Below, one piece after another: positions 21,101 through 30,511 of a stretch of 64,000 nucleotides of DNA. The notes under the pieces were generated by a model. It ran no database searches. It saw nothing but the letters and a program-made list of their open reading frames with translations, and was not told the origin of the DNA. This stretch comes from Phycisphaerae bacterium. GTDB taxonomy: Bacteria > Planctomycetota > Phycisphaerae > Phycisphaerales > UBA1924. Both the position numbers and the translations under genes were made by a program. Position 1 is the first letter of the stretch, and each line of letters begins with the position of its first letter. Location of the stretch: the NCBI GenBank assembly GCA_016793195.1, contig JAEUJA010000142.1:780-64779 (forward strand), given 5' to 3'.

Positions 21101-21764
21101 GCTGGATGTGATACTGCTTGACGTACCCGCCGATGGCCTCAACACCCGCCACGTCCTTCACGCTTCTGAGCTGCGGGCGGATGATCCAGTCCTGCACCTC
21201 GCGTAAGTAAGATGCGAATTCGAGGTCGCTCGTGAGGTTTCGGCCCTCGGGGGTGAGGTACAGGGCCTCCCTCTGCCAACCAGGCCTGCCGGGTGTGTAG
21301 GTCGCGCCGGCTCCCTGTGGCGTGTCGTATTCGACTGTGTACATGTAGATCTCGCCCAGCCCGGTAGCGATCGGGCCCATCACCGGCTCGACGCCCGGGG
21401 GCAGGCTCACTTTCGCTTCATCCAGGCGCTCGCTCACCTGCTGACGGGCAAAGTAGATGCTCACGTCGTCCTCGAAGATGGCCGTGATCTGCGCAAAGCC
21501 GTTGCGGGAAATCGACCGGGTCGATTCCAGGCCGGGAATTCCCGCCAGCGCGTTCTCGATCGTAAACGTCACCTGCTTCTCCACCTCAATGGGCGAGAGG
21601 CTCGGCGCGACGGCGTTGATTTGTACTTGGTTATTGGTGATATCGGGGACCGCGTCGACGGGGAGCTTCCTAAGCGAGAAGAATCCCAAGGCCCCGACCA
21701 TCACGGTGAGCAGCAGAACGAGCCAGCGGTTCTTGATCGAGAAGTGGAGGATGGATTCAAGCAT
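18192..21764 (-). CDS. czcA: heavy-metal efflux RND transporter, CzcA/CusA family
   Basis: 1190 aa. TM4 motif [17 protein letters not shown] matches the DFG-DGA-VEN proton-relay consensus of divalent-cation HME-RND pumps. Also has [30 protein letters not shown]. Carries a His-rich insertion and a C-terminal tail of about 70 aa. Confidence 0.9.
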   Translation of the reverse strand: [1190 protein letters not shown]

Positions 21765-21799
21765 GGACGGGGTCCCTTGGTGAGATGTGGTTGCATGGC

Positions 21800-23110
21800 C
21801 TAGTGCTCATGGGCCGCGCTGCCTTTGCCGAGTTCCGCCTTGAGAATGAACGTACCGCTGGCGACAAACTCCTCCCCCTCGACCAACCCTCCGAGAATGG
21901 GCACAAGCCCACCGATGGAGGGGCCAACCGTGATGGCCCGCTTGGCGAATGTCCCCGGCTCTCCCTTCACGGGGACAAAGACCGCCGGGCCGCCCTCGAC
22001 CGTCTGCACGGCCTCATCAGGGACTGCCACCATCGGCGATGGCTCCGGGTTGGCGGGGTCGATCGCGACGATCTCAACCTGCGCGAACATGCCCGGCTTG
22101 AGGGTCAATGCGGCGGCGGGCACCTCGATGCGTACTTGAGCGGTCCGGGTCGCCGCGTCGACGAGCGGGGCCACGAACGCGACTTGCCCTTCGAAGCGTT
22201 GGGCACCGGTCTTTCCGACAGCCACCCACGACCTTGCCCCGAGGGCGATCTCGGGAAGGCGGGCCTCGGGGACATCGGCCAGCACCCACAGCGTGCGGGT
22301 GTCTGCCAGAACCAGGAGCGCCTCGCGATCGGGGTTGACGAGCTCCCCCAGGGTGATCTCACGATCGACAACCTGGCCGTCGATCGGTGCGTGGAGGGTG
22401 TGGCGAGGCGCGATCTCCCCTGTCGAGGCAAGCTCCTCGATGGCCGCCTGCGTCATGCCGAGCAGGTGCAGACGATTCTCCGAGGCAACAGCCGCCGCCT
22501 GGGCCGCCCGCTGGGCAGCGAGGGCGGCCTTGTGCTCCGCCTCGCGCTTCTGCACCTCGGTCAGCGAAATGCCCTGCGACTGCTCGTACAGGCCCTTGGC
22601 TCGTTCCCACGAGACCTTGGCGAGGTCCACGCTCGGGACCGCAGTCTGGGCAGTGATGCGCTTCTGGAAATAGTCCGCCTGGGCCTCGCCGAGTTCAGGG
22701 CTCTCGACCACGAGCAGGGTATCGCCGCGTCTGACCATGTCGCCGAGGCGCACTCGAATGTCAACCGCTCGCCCCCGCAGCGGCGAGCCGACGTGGGCCA
22801 TCGCCTCGGTGTTGAACGCCACGCGCGCCGGAGCCGTGAGCGTTGGCCTTAGCATCCCGAGCTGGGCGGCTTGGACCCTGACGCCGTAGCGGTCGATGGC
22901 CTCCTCGGTGAGGGTAACCTCGTCGGCGTGCTCGCCTTCATTGTGTTTCGCCGCGCCGCCTTGGGTGGTGTGGTCGTGGCCGCCACGGTCGGCGTGCTCA
23001 TTGCACCCGCCAAGGAGCCAGAGCACGACGGCTGTTGCGGCGAGCGCCGTGCGGGTGGCGATGAGGTGTCGTCGAGTGGAAAGGGAGCCGTGGTGTGCGG
23101 GGGTGTGCAT
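21800..23110 (-). CDS. czcB: efflux RND periplasmic adaptor (CzcB/CusB family)
   Basis: 436 aa. Membrane-fusion-protein layout located between the outer-membrane factor gene and the RND pump gene. His-rich N-terminal segment (HADRGGHDHTTQGGAAKHNEGEHADE). Confidence 0.85.
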   Translation of the reverse strand: MHTPAHHGSLSTRRHLIATRTALAATAVVLWLLGGCNEHADRGGHDHTTQGGAAKHNEGEHADEVTLTEEAIDRYGVRVQAAQLGMLRPTLTAPARVAFNTEAMAHVGSPLRGRAVDIRVRLGDMVRRGDTLLVVESPELGEAQADYFQKRITAQTAVPSVDLAKVSWERAKGLYEQSQGISLTEVQKREAEHKAALAAQRAAQAAAVASENRLHLLGMTQAAIEELASTGEIAPRHTLHAPIDGQVVDREITLGELVNPDREALLVLADTRTLWVLADVPEARLPEIALGARSWVAVGKTGAQRFEGQVAFVAPLVDAATRTAQVRIEVPAAALTLKPGMFAQVEIVAIDPANPEPSPMVAVPDEAVQTVEGGPAVFVPVKGEPGTFAKRAITVGPSIGGLVPILGGLVEGEEFVASGTFILKAELGKGSAAHEH

Positions 23111-23176
23111 GGGTGATCTCGGGTGCTGCTGCTTTGATGCTGAGGGTGCGAACCGGACCGAGGATGACTCGAGGTA

Positions 23177-24628
23177 TCAGGGCTGAACACGTGGAGCGGA
23201 TGTGCTCCCTTGCCTTGGAGTTGGTTCTGGCGGTGGGGTGGTGGGCGTGCGTGGCGGAGGGGTCGCCAGCGCCGAGGCCACGCCCGGCCCGCCCACGGCA
23301 CGCTGCAGGCGAACGAGGGACGTCGCCGCTTGACGCTCCACCTCGATGGCTTTGGCGCGCGCAAGGCGAAGGTCGTGTTCGGTCAGATAGAGGGAAGTGA
23401 CGTCGCACTGTCCCGCGCGATACGCCGCCTCGGCGAGCTGACAGCGGGATTCCTGCAGGGGGATGAGCTCCCCGCGAATCCTCGCGAGGTTGGCGTTGCT
23501 CGCGGACATCTCTTGGTAGGCCACGCGGACTTCTTCAACGACCTTGCGACGGGCCAGCGTGAGGTCATGCCGGGCTTCGAGCTGTTCGGCGGTGACGCGA
23601 GCTTGGCGTGCTTGTCCCGTGTCGAAGACCGGGATCGGAGTTGAGGCCGAGGGACCGGCGAAGAACCCGCTGTCCCACTGGGCGTCGGCACCGAGGCTCG
23701 CGCCGTCCGAGGGAAGCAGCCGGGCAAGCGCCTCGTCGTCGCCGAGCGCCCGAAGCCTCCAGGCGATCGACTGAATCTCCGGGCGTCGGAGCAGTGCCAG
23801 GTCCACCCAGCGTATTTCCGGCTCCAATTCGATGCCCGGCTCGGTCCAGAGATCGAGCGTCCAAGTCGCGGCCGACGACGGCTCGCCGATGAGTCGAGCG
23901 AGCCGAATTCGATCCGTGCGCTCGGCGAGGACGGCCCGATCGATGTCGATGCCGAGCTCAACAACCTGAGCTTGCAAAGTCGCAAGGTCGCCGCGAGTGC
24001 CCTCCCCGGCCTCCAGACGCGATCGAGCGACCGCCGCCAGACGCTCCAGGATGACCAGCCGCTGGCGCAGCAGTGGCACGAGCTCCGCCGATGCTTGCGC
24101 CGCGACATATCGTTCCTGGACCTCGCCGGCGACGTCGATCGCGACAGTCACCGCGTCCGCCGCCGCCTGTCGCAGCCTGTTGTCGGCGGCGCTGGCTCGC
24201 CGGGGAATTTGCATCGCTCGCACGAAGTCCTGCGCCAGCGACGCCTCTATCTGCGGTGAGCCGGCGCCCCAGCGGAGCACGACGCTCAGCACCGGGTTTG
24301 GGAGAAGGCGTGCCTGGTCGGCGTCGGCCGCGGCAATCCGCACGCGCGCCATCGCGGCCTGGAGGCCGGGATCGGTCGTCACCGCGCGGCGGAGGGCTTC
24401 GGCCTGCGTCAACGACGTGTCCGTCGCTCCCGGCTCGTCGAGGGGGCCACCCTTGGGTCCGACGCTGATGAATTCGACGCAGCCGGAGAGCCCGGTCGCG
24501 TCACCCGCATCGCGGGCCACGTCGATTTCTGCCCGAGGCGGGCCGTGGCAGCCGTATAACGCTGCCGCGGCGATCGCCAACGCTGGAGCCAGCCTGGCGC
24601 GTCGAACGCCTGGTACATGGGTGTACAT
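23177..24628 (-). CDS. czcC: TolC-family outer membrane efflux protein (CzcC-like lipoprotein)
   Basis: 483 aa from ATG 24628 (MYTHVPGVRRARLAPALAIAAAALYGC, lipobox-like). Two OEP-type coiled repeats. First structural gene of the C-B-A order. Confidence 0.8.
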   Translation of the reverse strand: MYTHVPGVRRARLAPALAIAAAALYGCHGPPRAEIDVARDAGDATGLSGCVEFISVGPKGGPLDEPGATDTSLTQAEALRRAVTTDPGLQAAMARVRIAAADADQARLLPNPVLSVVLRWGAGSPQIEASLAQDFVRAMQIPRRASAADNRLRQAAADAVTVAIDVAGEVQERYVAAQASAELVPLLRQRLVILERLAAVARSRLEAGEGTRGDLATLQAQVVELGIDIDRAVLAERTDRIRLARLIGEPSSAATWTLDLWTEPGIELEPEIRWVDLALLRRPEIQSIAWRLRALGDDEALARLLPSDGASLGADAQWDSGFFAGPSASTPIPVFDTGQARQARVTAEQLEARHDLTLARRKVVEEVRVAYQEMSASNANLARIRGELIPLQESRCQLAEAAYRAGQCDVTSLYLTEHDLRLARAKAIEVERQAATSLVRLQRAVGGPGVASALATPPPRTPTTPPPEPTPRQGSTSAPRVQP

Positions 24629-24880
24629 GGGTTTGGGCCTCTTCGGGTCCGTTGGGGCTGCTTCGCGCCGGCGGCCCCGCTCGCGACGGATCGCAGGCGG
24701 AAATCGCGGCGATTCCGTGCGTGGCGATACCAAGGGTGGTGTGCCGGTCCTGCGTTTGGATTGGTGCGACGACGACGGAGAGTCGTTACGGCATTAAGCC
24801 CGCCCGATGCGGTCGCGGCCCCGGCGACAGCCGGATCACGCGCCCTTCGGGCGGTCCAATACGATCAGGCCAACGCACGG

Positions 24881-25333
24881 CTAAAGGACGAGTACGACCG
24901 AGCGCAAACGGTCCAGCGAGTCGGGGGGGCGCCTTCGCTCGCGATTGCGACCAACGGCAACCACGGTCGCGTCGGGCTCGAAGGTCCGAGCGTCACACGA
25001 AATGGCGGGCGTAAAACTTTCCAAGCCCGCCCCAACAGCGAGGTCCGAATGGAGAATCCTCACTGCCGTCAACTGCGGGCCGAGAGGCGTGTCCTCACAC
25101 GGAAACGGTGAAAGGGGCTCGTCTTCGTGGACTTCAGATGTCGCGTGCACATCCGGTTCGGCACACGGGGACAGGCAGGTGCCCTGTGGCGACTTGAAGC
25201 ACGCGTACTCGATCCGGGAAGTCCCCTCGGCGTCTGTGCACCAGACACCCACCGATGCAAACACCGTCTGTCCCAGGGCGAATGCCGCCAGGCAGAGTGT
25301 GACGATCAGGCGTTGGATGAGCATTCTTCGCAT
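24881..25333 (-). CDS. hypothetical secreted Cys-rich protein
   Basis: 150 aa. The N-terminus MRRMLIQRLIVTLCLAAFALGQTVFA looks like a signal peptide, and six further Cys follow in the mature part. Third-codon positions are mostly G/C. Same strand as czcC and 252 nt upstream of it. I recognise no homology. Confidence 0.4.
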   Translation of the reverse strand: MRRMLIQRLIVTLCLAAFALGQTVFASVGVWCTDAEGTSRIEYACFKSPQGTCLSPCAEPDVHATSEVHEDEPLSPFPCEDTPLGPQLTAVRILHSDLAVGAGLESFTPAISCDARTFEPDATVVAVGRNRERRRPPDSLDRLRSVVLVL

Positions 25334-25997
25334 CGTGGGCCGCCAGACACTATACGGGAATTCGCTTCGCGTGTTCGGCGGCCGTCACCTTACCGCCCCC
25401 GGCGACCGCCAAATCCGGGTGCCCGTCGCGCGGAAACGACGCTTGCGCACTACAGATGCGGTTATCCGTTGATTGTCGCGGTGCCATTCAATCTCGGTCG
25501 GTCTGGTAATCGTCATCACACAACCCCAGCGAGCCCAACCAGCATCGCGATGCGCCCGACGTGTCCGGCGTCGCCTCGGCGGCACTCCATCTCTGGTGCG
25601 CGTGGCGCTACTTTGCGGGACGCCGAGACCATTGATATCGGGCTCGCGGTCGTCGGCGAATCTCTCTGCTTCGAGCCGAGCGACGCGGCCCGGATGAGAG
25701 GGTGGGGGATGCGCCCAGGGCGAACTCCAAAGGATTCTGGGTGAGCTTGGTTCGTGCCTTCGCCCGTCGCGTTCCGATTTGGCGCCGTTGCGGGTGGCGC
25801 CTTTGGGCTGCCGGCTTCGGCCGACCTGAGCCCGAGCGATGGGCCTTAGTTTGGGTCACAGATACTTGGAGCCTGCGATCACGTCACCGGGCGGATTCGG
25901 CGTGCCAGGGACTCAGCGCTCGTCTTCCGGTTGCATCAGTCCCGCACCCCTGATCGAATCAAGGTGTCCGCTCGGCGGCCGTAGAAAACAATTGCAG

Positions 25998-26828
25998 TTA
26001 CGCGGGGTAGGTCGGAGTGCTCCGACCCTCGGCGAGACGGTAGCCAACCCCGGGTTCGGTCACGATGAACCGCGGCTGGGCGGGATCGACCTCCAGCTTC
26101 TTGCGAAGTTCTCCGGCGTAGACACGGAGATACTGCAAATCGCTGGCGTGCTGCGGGCCCCAGACCTCTTTGAGGATCATCTGGTGGGTGAGCACCTTGC
26201 CCGCGTGCTTGACCAGGAACGCCAACAGCTTGAACTCCATCGGCGTCAAGCGGACCTCGCGAGGTACGGGGCTTTCGGGTTCGGTGGCTTGGTCGGTCAC
26301 GAAGACCAGTCGAGCCGCGAGGTCCACACGCAGGGTCCGACCGCCGGCGGTGCATTCATACGGCGGTAACTCCGAACCCCCTGAAGCACCCCGACCCGTA
26401 GCCGAGGTCGCATGGCGCAGGGCAACCCGCAAGCGGGCGAGCAGTTCGCCGACGCCGAAGGGTTTGGTGAGATAGTCGTCCGCTCCAGCATCGAGGGCGG
26501 CCACCTTATCGCTCTCCTGCCCGCGCGCGGAGAGGACGACAATCGGCGTGCGGGCCTCTTTGCGGATCGCGCGGGTGACGTTCAGGCCGTCGCCGTCGGG
26601 AAGGGCAAGATCCAGCAAGATGACATCCGGGTAGGCGGTCATCGTCAGCAGAGTCCCTTCGCGGGCCGTGCCAGCTTCCTTCACGCGGTAGTGGTTGGCT
26701 TCGAGCGTGGCGCGGAGGAAGCGGCGGATGGGCTCCTCGTCTTCGATGATGAGCACGAGTGGCATGTGCGCTGGCGGCGTGGCCTGAAGCGGGTGCGCAC
26801 GTGCCGGGCTTGGTGATGAGTTGGTCAT
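25998..26828 (-). CDS. kdpE: OmpR-family response regulator KdpE
   Basis: Receiver domain (LVLIIEDEEPIRRFL ... LLDLALPDGDG ... LSARGQESDKVAALDAGADDYLTKPF) plus a winged-helix domain (LTPMEFKLLAFLVKHAGKVLTHQMILKEVWGP). The start is either 26828 (ATGA overlap with the kdpD stop) or ATG 26765 (MPLVLII). Confidence 0.9.
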   Translation of the reverse strand: MTNSSPSPARAHPLQATPPAHMPLVLIIEDEEPIRRFLRATLEANHYRVKEAGTAREGTLLTMTAYPDVILLDLALPDGDGLNVTRAIRKEARTPIVVLSARGQESDKVAALDAGADDYLTKPFGVGELLARLRVALRHATSATGRGASGGSELPPYECTAGGRTLRVDLAARLVFVTDQATEPESPVPREVRLTPMEFKLLAFLVKHAGKVLTHQMILKEVWGPQHASDLQYLRVYAGELRKKLEVDPAQPRFIVTEPGVGYRLAEGRSTPTYPA

Positions 26829-29806
26829 TGCGTGCTGCCTCCAATCTGCCCGCCTTTGAACGTCGTCGGCAAGGTGGTCGTGCCGCGATCTGCCCCAGCG
26901 TCCTCCTTGGCTGGAAGCACGGGCTGCGGGAAATCGACCGGAAGCGAGAAGAGGAACGCGACACCTCTCGGGGTGTTGGGCTCAGCCCAGATGCGTCCGC
27001 CGTGCACGCGGATGATCCCCTCACAGATCGTCAGGCCCAAGCCCATGCCCGTCGATGTTGCCGCGTGAGCGTTCGAGCCCGCCGTCTTGCTGACGCGGCC
27101 TCGATAAAAGCGCTCGAACACCTTGGATGACTCATCATCGGCGAGCCCAGCACCCTCGTCCCAGACCCTGATGACGACATTTGTTTCGCTGGTCCACGTT
27201 GATACCCCGAGTGGCGTACCCGGCGCGGTGTAGCGGAGCGCGTTCTCGACGAGGTTGTGGACGACTTGCGGGAGCATCGCGTTGTCGACGCGAATCATGG
27301 GCAGGTCGTTAGGCATATGGACGCGGAAGGGGCGCGTGGCGAGCGCATTTCGGTGGCGTGAGAGCCCAGCCCCCACGATCTCCTCAACCGTCGTCCACTC
27401 CCGCCGCAGATCAACGGGGCCGGATTCAAGACGCGTGGCAAAGACGAGGTTGGCGATGATGTCATTGAGGCGGGACGACTCGTCAACGATCGTTCGGAGC
27501 AGGGCCGCGCGTGTCGGCTCGTCGATGGCGGGGCCTTCGGACTGCTCGGAACTCTGGGCGGCATCCACTTGCTGGAGCGTGCTCGCGGCACCGGTGATGC
27601 TGGCGAGCGGTGTGCGGAGGTCATGGGATACGGAACTGAGCAACGCGCTGCGAAGTCGTTCGCGCTCGGCGTCGATGCGGGCCGTCTGCTCGGACTCGGC
27701 AAGCGTGACGCGCTCCAGCGCCGAAGCGGCCTGCGACGCGATCGAATCAAGCGTGGCGAGCTGGGCCGCGTCGAAGGGATCGAGGCGTTCCGTCACATGA
27801 GCTCGAATACCGAGGACACCGACCTTGCCGCTGCTGCCGATCAGGGGCACAAAGCGGCCCTGAGCCGAGGGGAGCGTTGATGTGCCGCGCCCAGCGGGGT
27901 TCCCGTGATCAAAGCTCCACTGAGCCACCCCGCGCTCGCGCGCCGGCTCCTCACCCTCGCCGGAGTACCAGTCGGGACCGCCGGGGCCTGCGGCGGCGGC
28001 CGCGTCAAGCTCTCTCGCCCTCAATGAGCCGCCGTCTCTTGCGAGTGGAACGGGCGCGCAGACGACCGCGTCAGCCTGGAGTAGGTCGTGCGCATGACGT
28101 GCAACGATCGCGCCCACGCCGCGGGCATCGCGTGCGGCGGCGAGCTCGCGCGAGAGTGCGTGCTGGGCCGCCGTCGCCCGCTCGCGGGACCAGGCGCGGA
28201 GGCGCTGCTCTCGTGCACGGGCCGCAAGCGTGCCGACGACGACACCCACGGCGAGCATGACGCAGAACGTGACCAGGTAGCCGGCGTCGTTGATGTTCAG
28301 CGTGAAGCGCGGCTCGGTGAAGAAATAATTGAAAGCCAGCACCGCCAGGATGCTGGCAAAGATTGCCGCGACACGGCCGAACCACAGCGCGCTCACAACC
28401 ACACCGGCAAGGAGGATGAGTGACTCCTCGGAGAGATCCGGGGGGCGAAAGAACGCAAGCCCCACGAGAGCGCACGCCACGACCATGCCGGCTGACGCCG
28501 TGAGTTCGCCGGCAACGCGGGCGAGCGGCTTGGGGGCCCGGGCGCCGCTCGCTGGTGCGCTTCGAGCCGGTTGTGTCACGGCAGACGCCGACTCATCGCC
28601 TCGGACCACGTAGATGTCGATGTCGCCGCTCTCGCGGATCAGGTTGTCGACGAAGGAACCGAACAGAACCTCCTTCCAGCGGGGCCTCTCGGTCTTGCCG
28701 ACGACGACCCTTCCGACATTGCGCGAGCGTGCGAAGGTGATGAGTTCCCGGGCCGCGCTGTCGCCCGTGAGCGTGTGCGTTGTCCCTCCAAGCGATTCGG
28801 CCAGCCGCAGGTTCGCGTCGAGCCGCTCGCGGTTCGCAGCCGACAGGTTTGCGGTGCGGGGCGTCTCGACATACACCGCGATCAACTCCGCGTGCAGCCC
28901 CGCCGCCATGCGCTTGGCGGCCCGCACCAGTTTGCCCGACATCGGGCTCGGGCTGACGGCTACGACGATCCGCTCGCCCGCGGGCCAGACGGCCCGGATG
29001 CCGCGGTCCTGCTTGTAGCGCCGCATCTCTGAATCGACCCACGCCGCGGTACGGCGCAGTGCGAGTTCGCGCAGTGCGGTCAGGTTGCCTTTGCGAAAGA
29101 AGCCGTCGCTGGGGTCCACGGCGCGGGCGGCGTTCTCGCCCAGATATACCTTGCCCGCCTTGAGCCGCTCGTGCAGCGCATCCGGTGGCAGGTCTACCAA
29201 CTCGATCTCGTCGGCCTCGTCGAAGACGCGATCCGGCACGGTCTCGTTCACCCGCACGCCCGTGATCTGGGTGACCACGTCGTTGATCGACTCCAGGTGC
29301 TGCACATTGAGCGTCGTGTACACGTTCACGCCCACGGCCAGGCAGGCCTCGACATCCTGCCAGCGCTTGGCGCGGCCCGAGGGCGAACCCGGCGCGTTGC
29401 TGTGCGCCAATTCATCAACGAGCAGGATGTCCGGCCGACGCCGCACGGCCGCGTCGACATCGAACTCGTGCAGCGTGGCTCCTTGGCAGCCGACCTTCAC
29501 CCGCGGGATGATGTCCAGCCCCAGCAGCATCTGCTCGGTCTCGGCCCGGCCGTGCGTCTCCACCACACCGACGACGACATCCACGCCTTGCGCCGCCATC
29601 CGCTGCGCCACCGCGAGCATCGCAAATGTCTTGCCAACGCCCGGCGACATTCCGAAGAAGATCTTGAGACGGCCGCGTGGCAACGCCGATTCCGCTGTCA
29701 TCGCTCCACCCGCGGCGGGCTGCTGATCACGCTTGAAGCGGTCCAAGACCTCGTCGGTCGCTTGCGGGTTCGGGTTGGTCTCCGAGGAAGCCATCTGGTG
29801 TGCCAT
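26825..29806 (-). CDS. kdpD: sensor histidine kinase KdpD
   Basis: 993 aa. N-terminal KdpD domain (RGRLKIFFGMSPGVGKTFAML), a USP-like region, membrane helices, H-box SHDLRTPLASI, and an ATPase domain (GMGLGLTICEGI). Confidence 0.92.
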   Translation of the reverse strand: MAHQMASSETNPNPQATDEVLDRFKRDQQPAAGGAMTAESALPRGRLKIFFGMSPGVGKTFAMLAVAQRMAAQGVDVVVGVVETHGRAETEQMLLGLDIIPRVKVGCQGATLHEFDVDAAVRRRPDILLVDELAHSNAPGSPSGRAKRWQDVEACLAVGVNVYTTLNVQHLESINDVVTQITGVRVNETVPDRVFDEADEIELVDLPPDALHERLKAGKVYLGENAARAVDPSDGFFRKGNLTALRELALRRTAAWVDSEMRRYKQDRGIRAVWPAGERIVVAVSPSPMSGKLVRAAKRMAAGLHAELIAVYVETPRTANLSAANRERLDANLRLAESLGGTTHTLTGDSAARELITFARSRNVGRVVVGKTERPRWKEVLFGSFVDNLIRESGDIDIYVVRGDESASAVTQPARSAPASGARAPKPLARVAGELTASAGMVVACALVGLAFFRPPDLSEESLILLAGVVVSALWFGRVAAIFASILAVLAFNYFFTEPRFTLNINDAGYLVTFCVMLAVGVVVGTLAARAREQRLRAWSRERATAAQHALSRELAAARDARGVGAIVARHAHDLLQADAVVCAPVPLARDGGSLRARELDAAAAAGPGGPDWYSGEGEEPARERGVAQWSFDHGNPAGRGTSTLPSAQGRFVPLIGSSGKVGVLGIRAHVTERLDPFDAAQLATLDSIASQAASALERVTLAESEQTARIDAERERLRSALLSSVSHDLRTPLASITGAASTLQQVDAAQSSEQSEGPAIDEPTRAALLRTIVDESSRLNDIIANLVFATRLESGPVDLRREWTTVEEIVGAGLSRHRNALATRPFRVHMPNDLPMIRVDNAMLPQVVHNLVENALRYTAPGTPLGVSTWTSETNVVIRVWDEGAGLADDESSKVFERFYRGRVSKTAGSNAHAATSTGMGLGLTICEGIIRVHGGRIWAEPNTPRGVAFLFSLPVDFPQPVLPAKEDAGADRGTTTLPTTFKGGQIGGSTQ

Positions 29807-29827
29807 CGTATTGAGTCGTCGGCAACA

Positions 29828-30493
29828 TCACCGGGAACTGCTGCCGAGGGCCTGATTCAAGGCGAGCACGTTGACCACGGGCTCGCCGAGCACGCCCAGA
29901 GCGCGGCCTTGGGTGTGTTGGCGGACAAGGTCTCGGACGGCGTCTTCGGTCAGGCCGCGGGCTTTGGCGATGCGGGGGACCTGGTACTCCGCCGCGGCGG
30001 GGGAGATGTGCGGGTCCAGGCCGCTGGCGGAGGCGGTGACCAGATCGACGGGGACGGCCGTCAATCGGGTGCTTGAGCCGGGGGTGAGGCGGACGACGCC
30101 GACACTCGCGTCCGCCGCGTCGAGGGCGGCGATGCGGGCGTTGATGTTGTCGAGCAGCGCGGGGTTGGTTAGGGCGAGGTTGCTGCCGCTGGAACCGGTG
30201 CCCGTGGCGAGATTGAGCGCGGTGTAGGGCACGGGGCCTGTCGCGCTCGGGCGGCCCCAGAACCACTTGGCGAGCGCGGGGGCGGCGCTGGCATCGGAAG
30301 TACCGAATTCCTGGCCGATCAGCGCGGAGCCGATGGGCTTGCCGGCGGCGTCGGTGAGGATCGATCCGTTCGCCTTCTCGTCGAAGGCCACCTGCGCGAG
30401 GCCGGTGATGGCGAGCGGATAGATGACGCCCGTGACGAGCGAGAGAATCACGAAGAGAACGAGGGCGGGGCGAAGGTGGGTCAGCATGTGCAT
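29828..30493 (-). CDS. kdpC: potassium-transporting ATPase subunit C
   Basis: HLRPALVLFVILSLVTGVIYPL and the C-terminal SASGLDPHISPAAA are typical of KdpC. The start is ambiguous (TTG 30502, ATG 30493 or ATG 30487). Confidence 0.88.
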   Translation of the reverse strand: MHMLTHLRPALVLFVILSLVTGVIYPLAITGLAQVAFDEKANGSILTDAAGKPIGSALIGQEFGTSDASAAPALAKWFWGRPSATGPVPYTALNLATGTGSSGSNLALTNPALLDNINARIAALDAADASVGVVRLTPGSSTRLTAVPVDLVTASASGLDPHISPAAAEYQVPRIAKARGLTEDAVRDLVRQHTQGRALGVLGEPVVNVLALNQALGSSSR

Positions 30494-30511
30494 GGTTCCC
30501 AAAGAGTCGGC

